64,000 bases of DNA, taken from assembly GCF_009914755.1 (NCBI RefSeq), contig NC_060937.1; one strand, given 5' to 3'. Under the pieces are notes generated by a model. The model was not told where the DNA came from. It did no database searches and was given only the letters and a program-made list of their open reading frames with translations. Below, piece after piece: positions 13,599 to 28,624 of this stretch. This DNA is from the human T2T-CHM13v2.0 reference genome, Homo sapiens. The number at the start of each line of letters is the position of its first letter. Position 1 is the first letter of the stretch. Made by a program: the position numbers and the translations under genes.

Positions 13599-15014
13599 TG
13601 AATGGGGATACAAGCAATACTCTCATTACAAAAGGGAGAATTGACCAAAATAAAAGGGCTACAGGTCCCATGGAAGTCCAAAACCCAGCAGGCTGTCATT
13701 AAATCTTAAAACTCCAAGATAATCTCCTTTGACTTCATGTCTCACATTCAGGGCATACTGGTGCAAGAGGTGGGCTCCCAGGGCCTTGGGCAGCTCCACC
13801 CCCACAGTTTTGCAGGGTTTTAGTCCCCAATAGCTGCTCTCAGGGGCTGATTTGAGTGCCCGCAGGTTTTTCAGGTGATGGGTGCAAGCTGTAAGTGTAT
13901 TTACCATTCTGGGGTCTGGAGTATGGTGTGATCTTCTTCTCACAGCTCTACTAGGCAGTGCCCCAGTGGGGACTTTATTTGGGGACTCCAGCCCCACATT
14001 TTCCTTCTGCAATGCCCTAGTAGAGGTTCTCCATAAGGGCTCTGTCCCTACAGGAGGCTTCTGCTTGGACACAAGGCTATTCCATATATCCTCAGAAATT
14101 CAGGCAGAGGTTCCAAAGCCTCAGCTGTTGCACTCTGTGCATGTGTAGGCTTAACACCACATGGACACTACCAAAGCTTACAGTTTGCATTCTTTGAAGC
14201 AGTAGCTTTTGCTGTACCTGGGCCCTGTTGAACCACTGCTGGAGCTGTAATGGCTGGAATGCAGAGACCAGTGTTCCGAGGCTCTGTAGGGCAGAGATGC
14301 CCTGGGCCCGGCCCATAAAAACCATTCTATACCCCTAGGCCTCTAGTTCTGTGATGGGAGGGGCTACATAAAGGTCTCTGAAATGCCTTAGAGGGTTTTC
14401 TCATTGTCTTGGCTATCAGCACTTGGCTTCTTTTTACTTATGCAAGTTTCTTCCATTTGCTTGAAATCCTCCCCAGAAAATAGGCTTTTGTTTTCTACCA
14501 CATGGCCATACTTCAAATTCCATACTTTTACACTCTGCTTCTCCTTTAAATATAAGTTCCAGTTTTATGCCATTTCATTGTTCACACATATGAGTGTAGG
14601 CTGTTAGAAGCAGTCAGACCACATCTTGAACACTTCACTGCTTAGAAATTTGTTCTACCCAATAGCCTAAATCCACTCTCAAGTTCAAACTTCCACAGGT
14701 CCCTAGAGCACAGGCATAATACAGCCAGGCTCTTTCCTAAAGCATAACAAAAGTGACCTTTACTCTAGTTCTCAATAAGTTCCTCATCTCCATCTGAGAC
14801 CACCTTAGCCTGAACTTCACTGTCCATATGACTATCAGCATTTTGGTCAAAACCATTCAACAAGTCTCTAGGAAGTTCAACATCTTCCCTCAACATCCCG
14901 TCTTCTTCTGAGCTCCCTAAACTGTTCCAATGTCTGCCTTTTACCCAGTTCCACAGCTGCTTCCGCATTTTCAGTTATCTTTACGGCAATACCCCACTCC
15001 TGGTACCAATTTTG
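13599..15014 (-). mobile_element. MSTA/THE1-type MaLR internal region, 3' end missing
   Basis: Reverse MaLR-int motifs (aaagggctacaggtcccatg, ggcagtgccccagtggggact, caacaagtctctaggaagttc, tggtaccaatttt). Confidence 0.9.
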
Positions 15015-15169
15015 TGTGTTAGTTCATTTCTCACACTGCTATAAAGAAATATCTGAGATTGGGTAAATTATAAAGTAATGAGGTTTAACTGGCTCACAGT
15101 TCTGCATGCTGTACTGGAAGCATGGGAGCATCTGCTTCTAGGGAGGCCTCAGGAAGCTTTTACTCATGG
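15015..15169 (-). mobile_element. MSTA-like LTR, truncated
   Basis: tgtgttagttcatttctcacactgctataaag...ctggctcacagttctgca...gggaggcctcaggaagcttttactcatgg, then similarity stops. Confidence 0.85.
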
Positions 15170-17444
15170 AAATCCTTACTCTGATAATACAGGAACACTC
15201 TCTTTTCCTCAGTCTTTTGATATTTATAATGACCAATATTTTCTCTATGACATCATACTTATCCGTAGGTAATGAAAGTATAAATGTGCTTGTTAAGCAA
15301 GAAAGTGTTTAACAAATGACCATTTAAACATTCTGTAGATACTGTTAGGCTAAGCACTCATTTTACTGCAGTGAAGATTGTCCAAATTAATATTTATAAA
15401 GTAAAATTACATGACATTAAGGAACATGGAGCTCTAGCTAACTCGTTGTGGCTACTGGTTATTGAAAAAGAACATCACAATTTCCAGGGGAGGCAAAGAG
15501 AAGATTTCAGTGTAACTAAAGGAAAACAATTATACCTGATAAATATGATTCTATAATACATTTGCTAAATATTTTTTTCCACATGGTATTCAAACAAAGT
15601 TCAAACTAATCAGTAATCTAATTAGGCACATGCATAGATCACCAATAATTAAATATAAACCAATGGATTATTCATCATCATAAGTCACACCTTTTGTTCT
15701 TCTTGTATTTCCTATACCTATTTTAATATTTTGTGTTATTTTCAACTACACATTGGACATCAGTGGAGTAGTATAACTTCATTGTTTAGGGCTCTGAATG
15801 TTTTCTTTAAGATCTTCTCTGGTATTGGTCAGAACTTAACATATACTTATAATTTATAATTTATTTCTAAAAGTATGATCTTGCCTTGATCTTACTTTCG
15901 TGAGCAGTTTTCTACATACTTGTATTCTCTACCTTTGTTGCCTGAAATAATCTGTTTTCAGATTTATATAGAAATAATGCACTTTATCAGAAAATGTTTC
16001 CATAATAAAACTATAAAATATGTAAAATGTACATGTAAATATTGAAATAACTAAAAGTAGAGCTATAGTTATTACATAAATAAATAGACAAGGTTAAAAC
16101 AAAAAGGAAGGAGAAGAATAATGTAGTTCAGAAAACAATTTATAACATGATTCTATCTTCAAAAATAAGCTCCATGTATGTTAAAAGAAAAAATGCATAC
16201 GTTTAGCAGATACTCTAAAAATGCAGGTCACAACAAATATTTCCTGTTATATGAATAAATGTTTGGAAGCAATTATCTAAAAATAAAATTGATATGTTAT
16301 TTTATAATTCTACCAGATTTTCTAAAGCACACATATACACAATTTACTAAGGTAGACTTCTTTTAAAACAATGAATACTCATGAAAATTTTTAAATGTCA
16401 AATACCCTAGTGGGACTTATCTTTACAATACATTTCTGGGTTTGTTATTATTATTATTTTTTTACCTTGTAATGATTGTTATTTAAGTGTAATGTACACT
16501 GAAAAATTAATAGTTTTCTATCCTATTAACAGTATGTTATTCTCTTAATTCTTTTTACTTTTAAAAGTCACATAGTATTTCAAAAATAAAAACATGCTAA
16601 TAAGAAAACATATCTATCTATGTATATGTGTTGAAAACTAGTTGAAAGTAATTTGCTTATGAATGAGCAGACATCTTCCTCGCTGTTCGTGTTAAAATAT
16701 TTTCTGATCAGTGTTGAATTTTTTGTTTCCTTCTATAATTCTATATGCCTACACATTTAATCAGTATTCTATGAGTTGATAACATTGTCACTGAAAAATA
16801 TCAACTTATATGATACAAAAAACTTAATATTGAATCAAAGATGGTAAAATGATAACATTTATGTCTACAAAAGTATTAAAATTTGAACAACTCTAAATCA
16901 GTTGGTTACAAATGAAGTTTTCATCAAATATGCACAGTTTTTAATCTGTTTATATGTGACAGATCAGCATCTGGAATATAGGATACAGGCATAGTATGGG
17001 TGATGGTTCACATTTTCAGTTTTCATCCAGATGCTTGCAATAGTGAATGCATAGACTATGGATTTTCGGCAAACTATAGTTATAGAAATAGTCTTGGCAT
17101 TGTCATACTATGGTGAAAGAATATATTCACCTTTTGTTTACTTACATAGTGTTTCACAATGTGTAAAATCATATAAAAAGTCTTTTAAAGAAAGCTATAA
17201 ACCAAAAAACTTCAGTTCATATCCTGTATAGTGGATTAGGTATTTTATGCTTGCCAATTCTTACCAATGGAGACCGACACCAAAAGTCATAGAATTTTAT
17301 TGCAAATTTCTTATTTTTCAGTTAATTTCCGCATGACAAACTGAGACATACCTAGTCAGGTCCCACTGGGCTCATTATTCATTTTGTTCAACAGCCCTGC
17401 AGGGCTGATATGAACAGAAAGATCACACTGGCTCTAAATAGAAT

Positions 17445-17720
17445 TCCACAGAAATAAATGTTTGTTAGCACCAAAGACATGTGCAAGAATGTTCATAGTA
17501 CATTATTTATTTTATATAGCTGGAAACTGAAAACAGCATAAGTGTTCATTAACAGCATATGGGATTAATCAATTGTATATTCAAAATAAACTTGATCTTA
17601 TAATTGTTAAAAAAATTAGAATAAAATAAATAAGTAGAATTCCAAAAAGGACAAGATGAAGTGAAAGAAAAGATCCTCATACATTCTATACATAGTGCTC
17701 AAAAGAGAAAAATATTGTGT
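17445..17720 (+). mobile_element. Old L1M 3' fragment
   Basis: caccaaagacatgtgcaagaatgttcatag...ggaaactgaaaac. Confidence 0.55.
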
Positions 17721-18605
17721 GTACTTCAATATCTCATATAACTAAAGTATTTTTTCTCAGGATTTACTTTGAGAATTAAATTTCTAAATTTAAAGTTGGC
17801 CCAAATTTATGTAATTTAACAAGTCTAATTTGGAGGAGAAAATCTGCATAAATAGATTAAATAGCTTTAATTGATTATTTGTAAAATATTATAATGGTAT
17901 AACTTTAGAATACTAAAAAGGATTTAAAATAATAGTCCTTGTTCAGTTCTAGCCCTATGAATATAAGAGGAAAAAATAGACTCCCATGTTTTAAAGTACT
18001 TATTTGTGTTTTTAATGGCAGAATTTTTTCTAGATAGTTATTTTCTGGACCCTCTAAACTATACTATTTTCTATCACAGTACTATCTTCATATTATGTTT
18101 ATTTCATATTGTCTTAGAAAAAAATCCAATTCATTACAAATTTCAATTTTTGGCCCACATCTCATAATGAAACAATTCCTACATGACGTCCCTGGTGATC
18201 TGATTTTTTTCCTTAGGATAATAAAATCATTTTTAACATTGACTTGAGGTTGATATATTACAAATGCAAGTTTAATCTGAAAGTCTATTTTAATGGTTTC
18301 CACTTAAATATGAGAAAGATATTTGTTATATTTGTTAAGCAAAAAAATAATTACTTTATTTTTCTATCTCTAATGATAAATAATATGAAGGAAAGAAAAT
18401 ATTTCCATCAAACTTACATAAACAATTCAAAATAACACACAATTGCTCCTATTTCCTCAAAAGTTTCTATTGCAGTTGTTTTTACATGACTTTTCTACTG
18501 GTGCTACATTTTTGAACTATTTGTTTTAAAAATATACCATCACTCCTGTTCAGTTTTGTACAACATTTTGCATTACTCTTTATCTTTCTTATCTTTCTTT
18601 TTTCC

Positions 18606-18895
18606 TTTAATGGTTCAGAAACACAAATTTACTACCTATGGTTTTGTAGGTCAGAAATCCAACACTGGTCTCTTGAGGTAAAATCAAGGTTGCCAGCAGG
18701 CCTGCATTCCTTTCTGATGGCTCCAGAGGAGACTCTAATTTATTGTATTTTCCAGGTTCTGGAGGCAGTTTGCATTCACTGGCTTCATGCCTCATTCCTC
18801 CCTTTTCAAAGTTAGCAGTGTAGCGTCTCTCTGATGCAGCTATTGTCTATTTATCTCATTCTCTGACCTTCACTCTACTGCCTCACTCTTCCTCC
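18606..18895 (-). mobile_element. MLT1D-like MaLR LTR fragment
   Basis: ggtcagaaatccaacactggtctc...aaaatcaaggttgccagcaggcctgcattcctttctg. Confidence 0.75.
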
Positions 18896-19039
18896 CTTTA
18901 TTCTTTCATGTGCCTGTTTATTTATTTTTATTTTTATTATCCATTGAGGGTGTACAATACAATGTTTTCATGTACACCTAAATAGTAAAATAATTATTAC
19001 AGTCAGGCATGTTAAAATTCTTGTTGCCACGTAGTTACC

Positions 19040-19041
<2 letters not shown>

Positions 19042-19096
<55 letters not shown>
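19042..19096. repeat. Perfect (TG)27 microsatellite
   Basis: Uninterrupted GT/TG run, expanded from a short gtgtgt seed in the L1MA 3'UTR. Confidence 0.98.
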
Positions 19097-19097
<1 letters not shown>

Positions 19098-20930
19098 TAG
19101 GGCACCTAAAATCTAATCTCTTAGCATATTTCCATTATATAATGTGATATTATTAAATATAGTCCTAATTCTATACATTAGATTGCTAGACCTATTTATT
19201 TTAAATAACTAAAAGTTTGTGCCCTTTGATCTGTATCTTCCTTCTCTCTGCCCCTAGTAAACACCATTCCACTTTCCATTTCTATGTATTCATGATTTTT
19301 AGATTCCACATATAAGAGAGGTCATGCAGTATTTTTATTTCTGTAACTTCATTATGCTACTTAATGTCTTCTTGGTTCATCCACATTGTCCCAAATGGCA
19401 GGATTTGTTTCTCTTTAATGGCCGAGTAATATTTCATCATGTCCATGTGTATACCACAATGTTTTTATCCCCCCATCCATCTATAGACATGTAAGTTGAT
19501 TCCATATCTTGTCTACTGTGAATAGTTCTGCAATAAACATAATGCAGATATCCCTTTGACACACTAATTTTCTTACCTTTCTATAAATATCCAATAGTGA
19601 GATGGCTAAATCATCTAGTAGTTCAATTTTTAATGTCTTGAGAAACCTCCAGATGGTTTACAAAATGGCTGCACTAATTGACATTCCCACCAACAGTGTA
19701 CAAGATTTTCCATTTCTCCACAACCATGCCAACATTTGTTATTTTTTGTCTTTTCTATAACAGCCATTCAAATTGGGATGAGGTGATATTCATCATGAGT
19801 TTAATATGCATTTGCCTTGTAATTAGCGATTTTTAGCATTTTTTCATGTAAACTATTAGTCATTTCTATGTGTTCTTTTGAAAAATGTCTATTTGGGTCA
19901 TTTGCCCATTTATAATTGAATTATTTGTTTTTCTATTGAGTTGTTTGAATTCCTTATATGTTCTGGATATTATGAATGTCTTGTTATTAGATGTATAGTT
20001 TGCAAATATTTTATTTTGTTCCAAAGAAATAAAATACTTTACCCTGTTCATTATTTCTTTTGTTGTACAGAAGCTTTTTAATTTGAAATAATCTTATTTT
20101 CTCTGTTTTTTGCTTTTATTGCCTGTGCTTTTGAGTTCTTATCAAAAAAGTCATTGCCCAGGAAAATGTCATGAACTGTTTCCCCTATGATCTCTTCTAT
20201 TTGTTTTATAGCTTTGGGTCTTATATTTAAGTCTGTAATCCATTTAGAGTTGATTTTTTAATATGGTGAGATATAGGGGCTTAGTTTTATTCTTTTGCAT
20301 GTGGATATTTAGTTTTCGCAGCACCATTTATTGGAGACTATTCATTCCCCCATGTGTGTTCTTGGCACTTTTGTTGAAAATCAATAGGCTATAAGTGTGT
20401 GGATTTATTTCCTTGTTCTTTACTCTGTCTCATTGTTCTATGTGTCTAATTTTATGTCAGTACAATGCTGATTTCGTTACTGTAGCTTTATAGTATATGT
20501 TGAAGTCAGGTAGTGTGATGCCTGACTTTTTATCTCCCATGATTGCTTGGGTTACTTGTGCTCTTTTTCAGTGCCTTACCAATTTTAGAATTGCTTTTTC
20601 TTTTCAGTTTCTGTGAAAATTTTGATAGAGATTCCATTGAAGCTTTATATCATCACTTTAGGTAGCATGGACAATTAGCAAAATTACCTCTTCCAAAGCA
20701 CAGACAGAGGCAGTGTATCTTGCTATTTATTTATGTCTTCAGTTTTTTTTCATCAATATTTTATAGTTTTCAATGAATATATCTTTTACCTCTTGGTTAA
20801 ATTTATTCTGAAATTTTATTATTTTTAATGCTATTGTCAAATTATTTTCCTGATTTCCTTTTTTAAAAATAGATTGTTATTGGTCTGAATAAATACAACT
20901 GACTTTCATTTATTGATTCTGTAAACCACT

Positions 20931-23169
20931 TGATATGGTTTATCTGTGTGTCCCCACCTTAATCTCATCTGATCTATAATTGCTGCATGTCAAAGGAGGG
21001 ACTTGGTGGGAGGTGATTGGATCATGGGGGCAGTTTCCCTTATGCTGTTCTTAAGATAGTGAATGAGTGAGTTCTCACAAGATCTGGTAAGTTTATGAGT
21101 CGTCGTTTTCTCTCTCCTCTTGTCACCTTGTGAAGAAGGTTCCTGCTCCTATTCACCTTCCACTATGATTATAAGTTTTCTGAGACCTCCCCAGTCATGC
21201 AGAACTGTAAGTCAATTAAAGCTCTTTCTTTTATAAATAACCCAGTCTCAGGCATTTCTTTATAGTAGTGTGAGAATGAACTAACACAGAGAATTGGTAC
21301 TGGTAGAGTGGATACTGTTGTAATGATAAGCTAAAAATGTGAAAGTGACTTTAGAACTGGGTAACAGACAAAGGTTGGAATAGTTTAGGGGGCTCAGAAG
21401 AAGACAGGAAAATACAGGGAAGTTTGGAACTTCCTAGAGACTTGTTGAATGGCTCTGACCAAAATGCTGATAGTGATATGGACAATGAAGTCCAGGCTGA
21501 GATGGTCTCAGATAGAGATGAGAAAATCATTGGGAATTAGAGCTAAGGTCACTCTTGCTATGATTTAGCAAAGAGACTGGTGGCACTTTTCCCCTGCCCT
21601 AGAGATCTGTGGAACTTTGAACTTGAGATAAATGATTTGAAATTGGAAGTTATGTTTAAAAATGAAGCAGAACATAAAATTTGGAAAATTTCCACCCTGA
21701 CAATGTAATAGAAAAGAAAAAAACGTTTTATGGGGATAAATTCAAGCCACCTGCAGAAGTTTGCATAAATAATGAGGAGCTGAATGTTAATAACCAAGAC
21801 AGTGAGGAAAAATGTCTTGAGGGCATTTCAGATATCTTCAAGGCAATCCCTCCCATCACTGGCCTGGAGGCCTAAGAGGGATAAATTATTTCATGGACCA
21901 GGCCCAGGGCCCCACTGCTCTGCGAAGCTTTGCATCTCAGCCACTACAAATCCAGCTGTGGCTAAAAGGGGCCTAGTTACAGCTTGGGCCATTGCCTCAG
22001 AGGGTGAAAGCCCCAAGCCTTGTGTTGGGCCATGGTGTTGGGCCTGAGGGTGTGCAGAAGAGGGGTTGAGCTTTGTGAACCTCTGCCTAGATTTCACAGG
22101 ATGTATGGAAATACCTGGATGTCCAGACAGAGGTCTGCTGCAGGGGCAGGGCCCTCATGGAGAACCTCTGCTAGGGCAGTGCAGAAAGGAAATGTGGGGT
22201 TGGAGCCTTCACACAGAGTCCCCACTGGGCACTGCCTAGTGGAGCTGTGAGAAGAGGGTCACCATCCTCCAGATCCCAGAATAGTCGATCCACCAACAGT
22301 TGCACCATATGCCTGGAAAAGTTGCAGGCACTGAACACCAGCCTATGAGAGCAGCCATGGTGACTGAACCCTGCAAAGCCACGGGACTGAGCTGCCCAAA
22401 GCCTTAGGCGCCCACCTTTTCCATCAGCATATCCTGGATGTGAGACATGGAGTCAAAGGAGATTATTTTGGAGCTTTAAGGTTTAATGACTGCCCCGCTG
22501 GATTTTCGACTTGATAAGGTCTGTAGCCCCTTTGCTTTGGCAATTTTCTCCATTTGGAATGGGAGCATTTGTCCAATGCCTATAACCCCATTGTATCTTG
22601 AAAATACCTAACTTGCTTTTGATGTTACAGGCTCATAGGCAGAAGGGACTTACTTTGTCTCTGATGAGACTTTGGACTTGGACTTTTGATGAAATGAGTT
22701 AATGCTGAAATGAGTTAAGACTTTGTTGGACTGTTAGGAAGGCATAATTTTGTGACTGTTGTATGGTTGATACGTGAGAACATGAGATTTGGGAGGGGCC
22801 AGGGGTGTAATGATATGGCTTGATTTTATGTTCCCCACAAATCTCATCTGAACTGTATCCCTCCATGTCGAGGGAGGGACCTGTGGGAGGTGATTGGATC
22901 ATGGGGGCTGTTTTCTTTCTCCTGTGCTGCTCTTGTGATAGTCAGTGAGTTCCTACAAGATATGATGGTTTTATAAGTGGTGGTTTTCTCTCCTTTTTCT
23001 ATTGTTTGTTTGTGAAGAAGATCCTTACTTCCCCTTCACCTTCTGGACATGATTGCAAGTTTCCTGAGGCCTCCCCAACCATGGGCAACTGTGAGTCAAT
23101 TAAACCTCTTTCCTTTATATTACCCGTCTTAAGCAATTCTTTATAGCAGTGTGAGAATGGACTAACACA
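20931..23169 (+). mobile_element. Complete MaLR element (THE1D-like): 5' LTR 20931-21288, internal 21289-22810, 3' LTR 22811-23169
   Basis: Both LTRs run tgatatgg...actaacaca. Internal region starts gagaattggtac and ends with PPT gggaggggccagggg. Perfect 5-bp TSD CCACT at 20926-20930 and 23170-23174. Confidence 0.95.
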
Positions 23170-23543
23170 CCACTACTTTGTTTGATTTACTTATTAGGTC
23201 TAGCAGCGTTTTTGTGTGTGGGTGGTTTTCTACATATGGGATAATGTTATTTACAAACTGATAATTTTACTTTTTCCTTTTCAATTTGGATGCTTTTTAT
23301 TTTTTGTTTTTGTTTTGTTTTCTGATTGTTCTTACTAGGACTTCCTGCACCTCATTTTCTTTATTAAAATACATTTGCAAAGCTTTAGTAAAAAGACATA
23401 CAATAAACTTTGTATATTTCATCACACAGTATATTCTGATGTATTAACTTCCAGGACCACTCCTGCAGTAGATATTCATTGATCTTATATATCAAGCATT
23501 TGCCTAGAAATTTATAAACTCCTTCTCATTCATAGACACTCTC

Positions 23544-23936
23544 TGAATTAGTCAGCTCAGGCTGCCATAACAAAGTACCACAGACTGGGTGGTTTAAATA
23601 ACATCAATTTATTTTTTCTGAGCTCTGGAGATGGAAGTACAAATTAGGGTGCTGCCAGGGTTTGTTTCTGGTCATACACATCTTTCTGGCTTCTAGATGG
23701 CAACCTTCTTGCTTTGTTCTCACAGTGCTCTCTGCTCTTTAAACATGTGAAGACAGAAATCTCTGATGTGTGTCTCTTCCTCTTGTAAGGATGTTGGTCC
23801 TGTTAGTTGTGCCCTGCTCTTATTACATCAGTTAGCCTTAATTATCATTTTGAAGGCCTTATCTTCAGATACAGTGACACTTGAGATTAGGGGCTCAACA
23901 TATGAATTTTGAAGGTACATAATTTAATTCATAACA
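23544..23936 (-). mobile_element. MLT1B-like MaLR solo LTR
   Basis: gctgccataacaaagtaccacagactgggtgg...caacatatgaatttt...ttcataaca. Confidence 0.85.
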
Positions 23937-25857
23937 CCTTCCATCTTAAGAGTTATACAACTTTTCAAAGTAGAAGAAATTCATATTCTCAGAAGGCAAA
24001 TCTTTTTATTAGTACATTTGTTACTAAAGTGAAAGTAGGACTAATAAATAAAATGATAATATTGTCATGCAGAGTTTCTATTACTATTTTAGTTAACAAA
24101 ATGTAAGCATCTTCAAATATGATTAGGTAAGTTGTAAGGAATAGAAAGGAAATCGAGTCTAAGTAAATAACTTTAGGAATGTAGAGAAGCTCTTGGTTTT
24201 AGACAATATTCTGCATTGCCTTGATAGTTTATCATTTACTTCTTAGATTTGGTAAAATTATCTTTATATTTCAAATTTAATACCACAGGCTATTTTCTTA
24301 GCAGTATAAAATAATATAGTCGTACACTAGTTCAAACATTTTATATTTCCTCAAATGTTTCCTTTAAGTCTTACTGATTATGAGCATAAAAACCAGTTTT
24401 ACTCAAATACTGTATGACATGTTACTATCATAAACTTTTTAGAACATAGGCCATATAATAAATATAAGAAGGTTAAAAGATATTTAATTGATATTAATGG
24501 TATATTAGTCTTAGGACCAGAAGCCATTTGGTATTCAGGGCAATAACAGTGTCTATTTTTATTCCTTTTTGTTTGCTATTAAAGGATAGAATTTGAAAAT
24601 ACAAATCTGAAAGTAGCATTGAAGTTTGAAAGCTGCATCTAATGATTAAGTCAACAATGACTTTTAAATTTGCCCAGTGTGAAAAACTCAATATTTTGAG
24701 CCACACACATATTGGGTAATCATTATAAATAGTATCTTTCCCTACGATATGTTAAGTTACAATCATAAAACTTCCCCTTAGATCTTTGAAGGACCTGATT
24801 ATTATCTGTATTATTTCAAACTATAACCTAATTTAATATTAATACAACTGTTCAGAAAATTCTAGGCTAACATAAGAATCTGCTACTACTTATCTCAAAC
24901 TATCAATTATCAAAATCAGTGTAATAAAGCAAATTTTAATCAAAACTACTACTAACACTTGTGAAGACAGATATGTGTTGTAATAATTAGAAAAGCCATA
25001 TTTACATTGATTAATTGGACTATATTTGACAAATAGATAAAACCACTTATTTAATATCAGATAAATCTAATCTATTTGGATTAAGTGGTTTAAGCTTTGA
25101 CTGAAGGCTTATTCGTTAAGCCACAATGCGAATACTATTTCTAGGTTCCCAGAAAAGTCACTCTCCCATCCAAAAATAAATTTATACCTGCTGTATACAA
25201 TATCACTTTTAAAAATGAGTCTTTTAGGAGGATTTTAAAGAGTCCGTATGTATTATTAAATGGCCTATAAAACATTGAAATATTTAAGAAATCTCTATCT
25301 TTACAATGAAAATAAAATGCACAAGTGAAAATAAATAATGATTACAACTTGAAAAAAATAATATGGCTTCAATGTTTTAACACTAAATATAGACTTAACA
25401 AAGGTAAAATTTTTTGTGAGTGATATTCTGGAGTAGTCCTCTTCACTAGATGATAGGGAACACATTAAAGGTTTTCCTCCCTGTAAAATTTATTTGACTT
25501 AGTCTATCAATATTTGTAAATGCCAAAAAATGAGACTGTAACTTACCAAAAAGGAAATGAATATGCATTAAGGACACTGTTACCTCAGGAAAAAAGAAAA
25601 AAAAAGAGATCAAACAATGACAACACTACTGAAATGTAAGCTGGGGTTGGACTAAAGAAAAAAATCATGACTTTTGCTAATTAATATCTAAAACTCAATC
25701 TGATGACTGTACATCTTCTCAAATATTAATTTTCCTAATCTATCAAACATGTATCTTTTCTTAAAACGTTAGCAAAGAGGTAGTGGTTAATTTGTTTTTC
25801 AAAAGTTATAAAAGAAAATTTAGAGATTAAAAATGCCTTGACAATATCGAAACATAG

Positions 25858-26733
25858 TGTTAACTTGAAAAAACACCCCACAAATATCTACAAATTTGGA
25901 AAAGAGAGAAGACTTTATTTTTTACAAAGTTTTATAACCTGCAAGGTGGCCATCCCACAGGCTGAGACCAGAGACAGTCACTTCGAAGGAGCAGGGGTTG
26001 GGGCAGAGTATTATGTGGAACAGGTTGGCTAAACATACATATTTAATGGGCTAGAGCAGGAGCTATGAATATTCAGGAAGGCGGTCCTGATTCATGCATA
26101 TTAAACATACATCTAACATATAAACCATGTTCACTTTGGAGTGGAGACTTAACATTTAAATGTATTAAATGTATTACAATTAGACCCTATATGCCAAAGG
26201 TAAAATGTAGGACACGAAGTTACACAAGTGCACAGCCTCTGGGAACCAGCCAGGACCAGTCCGTGGTTGGTGGTGTTCTTTTCAGGAGAAAGTTACTGAA
26301 ATCAGTTGCTTGTCTAGTCAAAGCTGTAGTTATGGCTAGTGGAACAGGGGTTCAGTTAGCCAGTGTCTATGAGCTGAATGAGTTGTGAATGTTTTAATAT
26401 TGCTGATCTTGAGGACAGTGCTTGTTTAGCTGTTAGAGGGAAATAAAAACTTTTTGACGGTTAGAACATAGTTTATTCTTTAAGTGTAGGGGCGCCTGCC
26501 TTAACCCTTGCCTGGCATGGCCTTAGGTCCTGTTTATAATTTGATATCTCATTGCTACAAAGACTCTATTCTGTCCGTCTTATGATCTCTATTTTAATAT
26601 TATCGCTGATCAGTTTAGACATGTCTGACCTCTTATCCCATCATGGCTAAGAACCCAGTTTTAAGCTTTTTCTGGGGTCTCCTTGACCACAAGGCGGTCC
26701 ATTCAGTCAGTGGGTTCTTATTTTTCATTTACA
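25858..26733 (-). mobile_element. MER49/MER4D-like ERV1 solo LTR
   Basis: TG...CA termini, ttaacccttgcctggcatggccttaggtcctgtttataattt, gagctatgaatattc, ggtccattcagtc. Confidence 0.8.
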
Positions 26734-27768
26734 ATTATTATGCCATATCTTGCCATCAGCCAGCTCCCTTATAGCATATTATTAGACAATTTGAACAGAA
26801 AGAAATTACAAAAAGAAGCTATTGAAAGTTTATGGAAATTGTTTAAATAATATATTCAGAAATGAAATGCTGCCTATAATAACATTCCAATTCTTTAAGA
26901 GGAAAACATAGAGGTCTTCTGAGAAAAAAACCCTCAAAATAATTAGGGAAAGCATCTTTCCCTAATAAACTATTTTAAAAACTCCACCAATAGGATATTC
27001 TGCTAGAAACATGACTTGCTATTAGATTAGTTAATGAACAGATGTGAAATAGTTTAGTAGTTTGTTTTGTAATCACTCAAGCAGAAACATTGGATAGATA
27101 CCAGAGTTAATGTGAATGGTCTCCAGCTGTTTTCATTTACGCCCCCCCTCAAATTCATCCCTCAGGATCAGTTACTGGCCACATTCTGCACCTCATTTAG
27201 TTTTCAATAGGTGTATGATCAGGAAGCTGGTGATTTACATGTAGCAGATGGAGATGATTATATAGAACTAATTGTTTTTGTCCTGCTGTGCTTTTGCTAT
27301 GCCTGACTTCAATTGTATGCTTATGAAGGGGCTCAGTCTCTTAAATTCTTGACATTTAAAAACACCCCTCAAGTTCGGAGGAAATAAGATACCCTTAGAT
27401 ACAAAAGTGACTCCCATTTTTATATACTACATACTAAAATAATTACAGAAAATGATTATATGTATTATTCATTTAGTTCATGTGCTTATAAAATGTGTGA
27501 ATTCAGCGATATCATTATTTAAATTTCTTAAATAGTTAAAATAATTTAATTGGTTTTGTCCTTTTAAATACCTGCAATTTCAACAGTAGTTGCTTAAAGA
27601 TGTACTAAAACTATCAAATTATTCAAAATGCATGCAAACTTCTTTCCCTAACTTTGCCAAAATCATGATGTACAAAATATGCAAAAATTAATACAATTGG
27701 ATGAAATATACTTTTAAAGTGTATTAGACTAGAAAAGGCTAAGTGAAATTTTCTCTTATGTGTGTTTT

Positions 27769-28624
<856 letters not shown>

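Larger units (their letters stand above)
18915..23345 (-). mobile_element. L1MA (MA7-9-like) LINE-1, split by the THE1D element at 20931-23169
   Basis: Reverse L1MA 3' end (gtagttacc..gtgtggt..atctaatctcttagca), then ORF2-like sequence that resumes colinearly after 23170. Confidence 0.85.

Noticed and set aside
13659-14072. 137-aa ORF and similar ORFs at 21681-22250 and 37568-37918
   Set aside because: Fragments of the degenerate MaLR internal ORF, not host genes.
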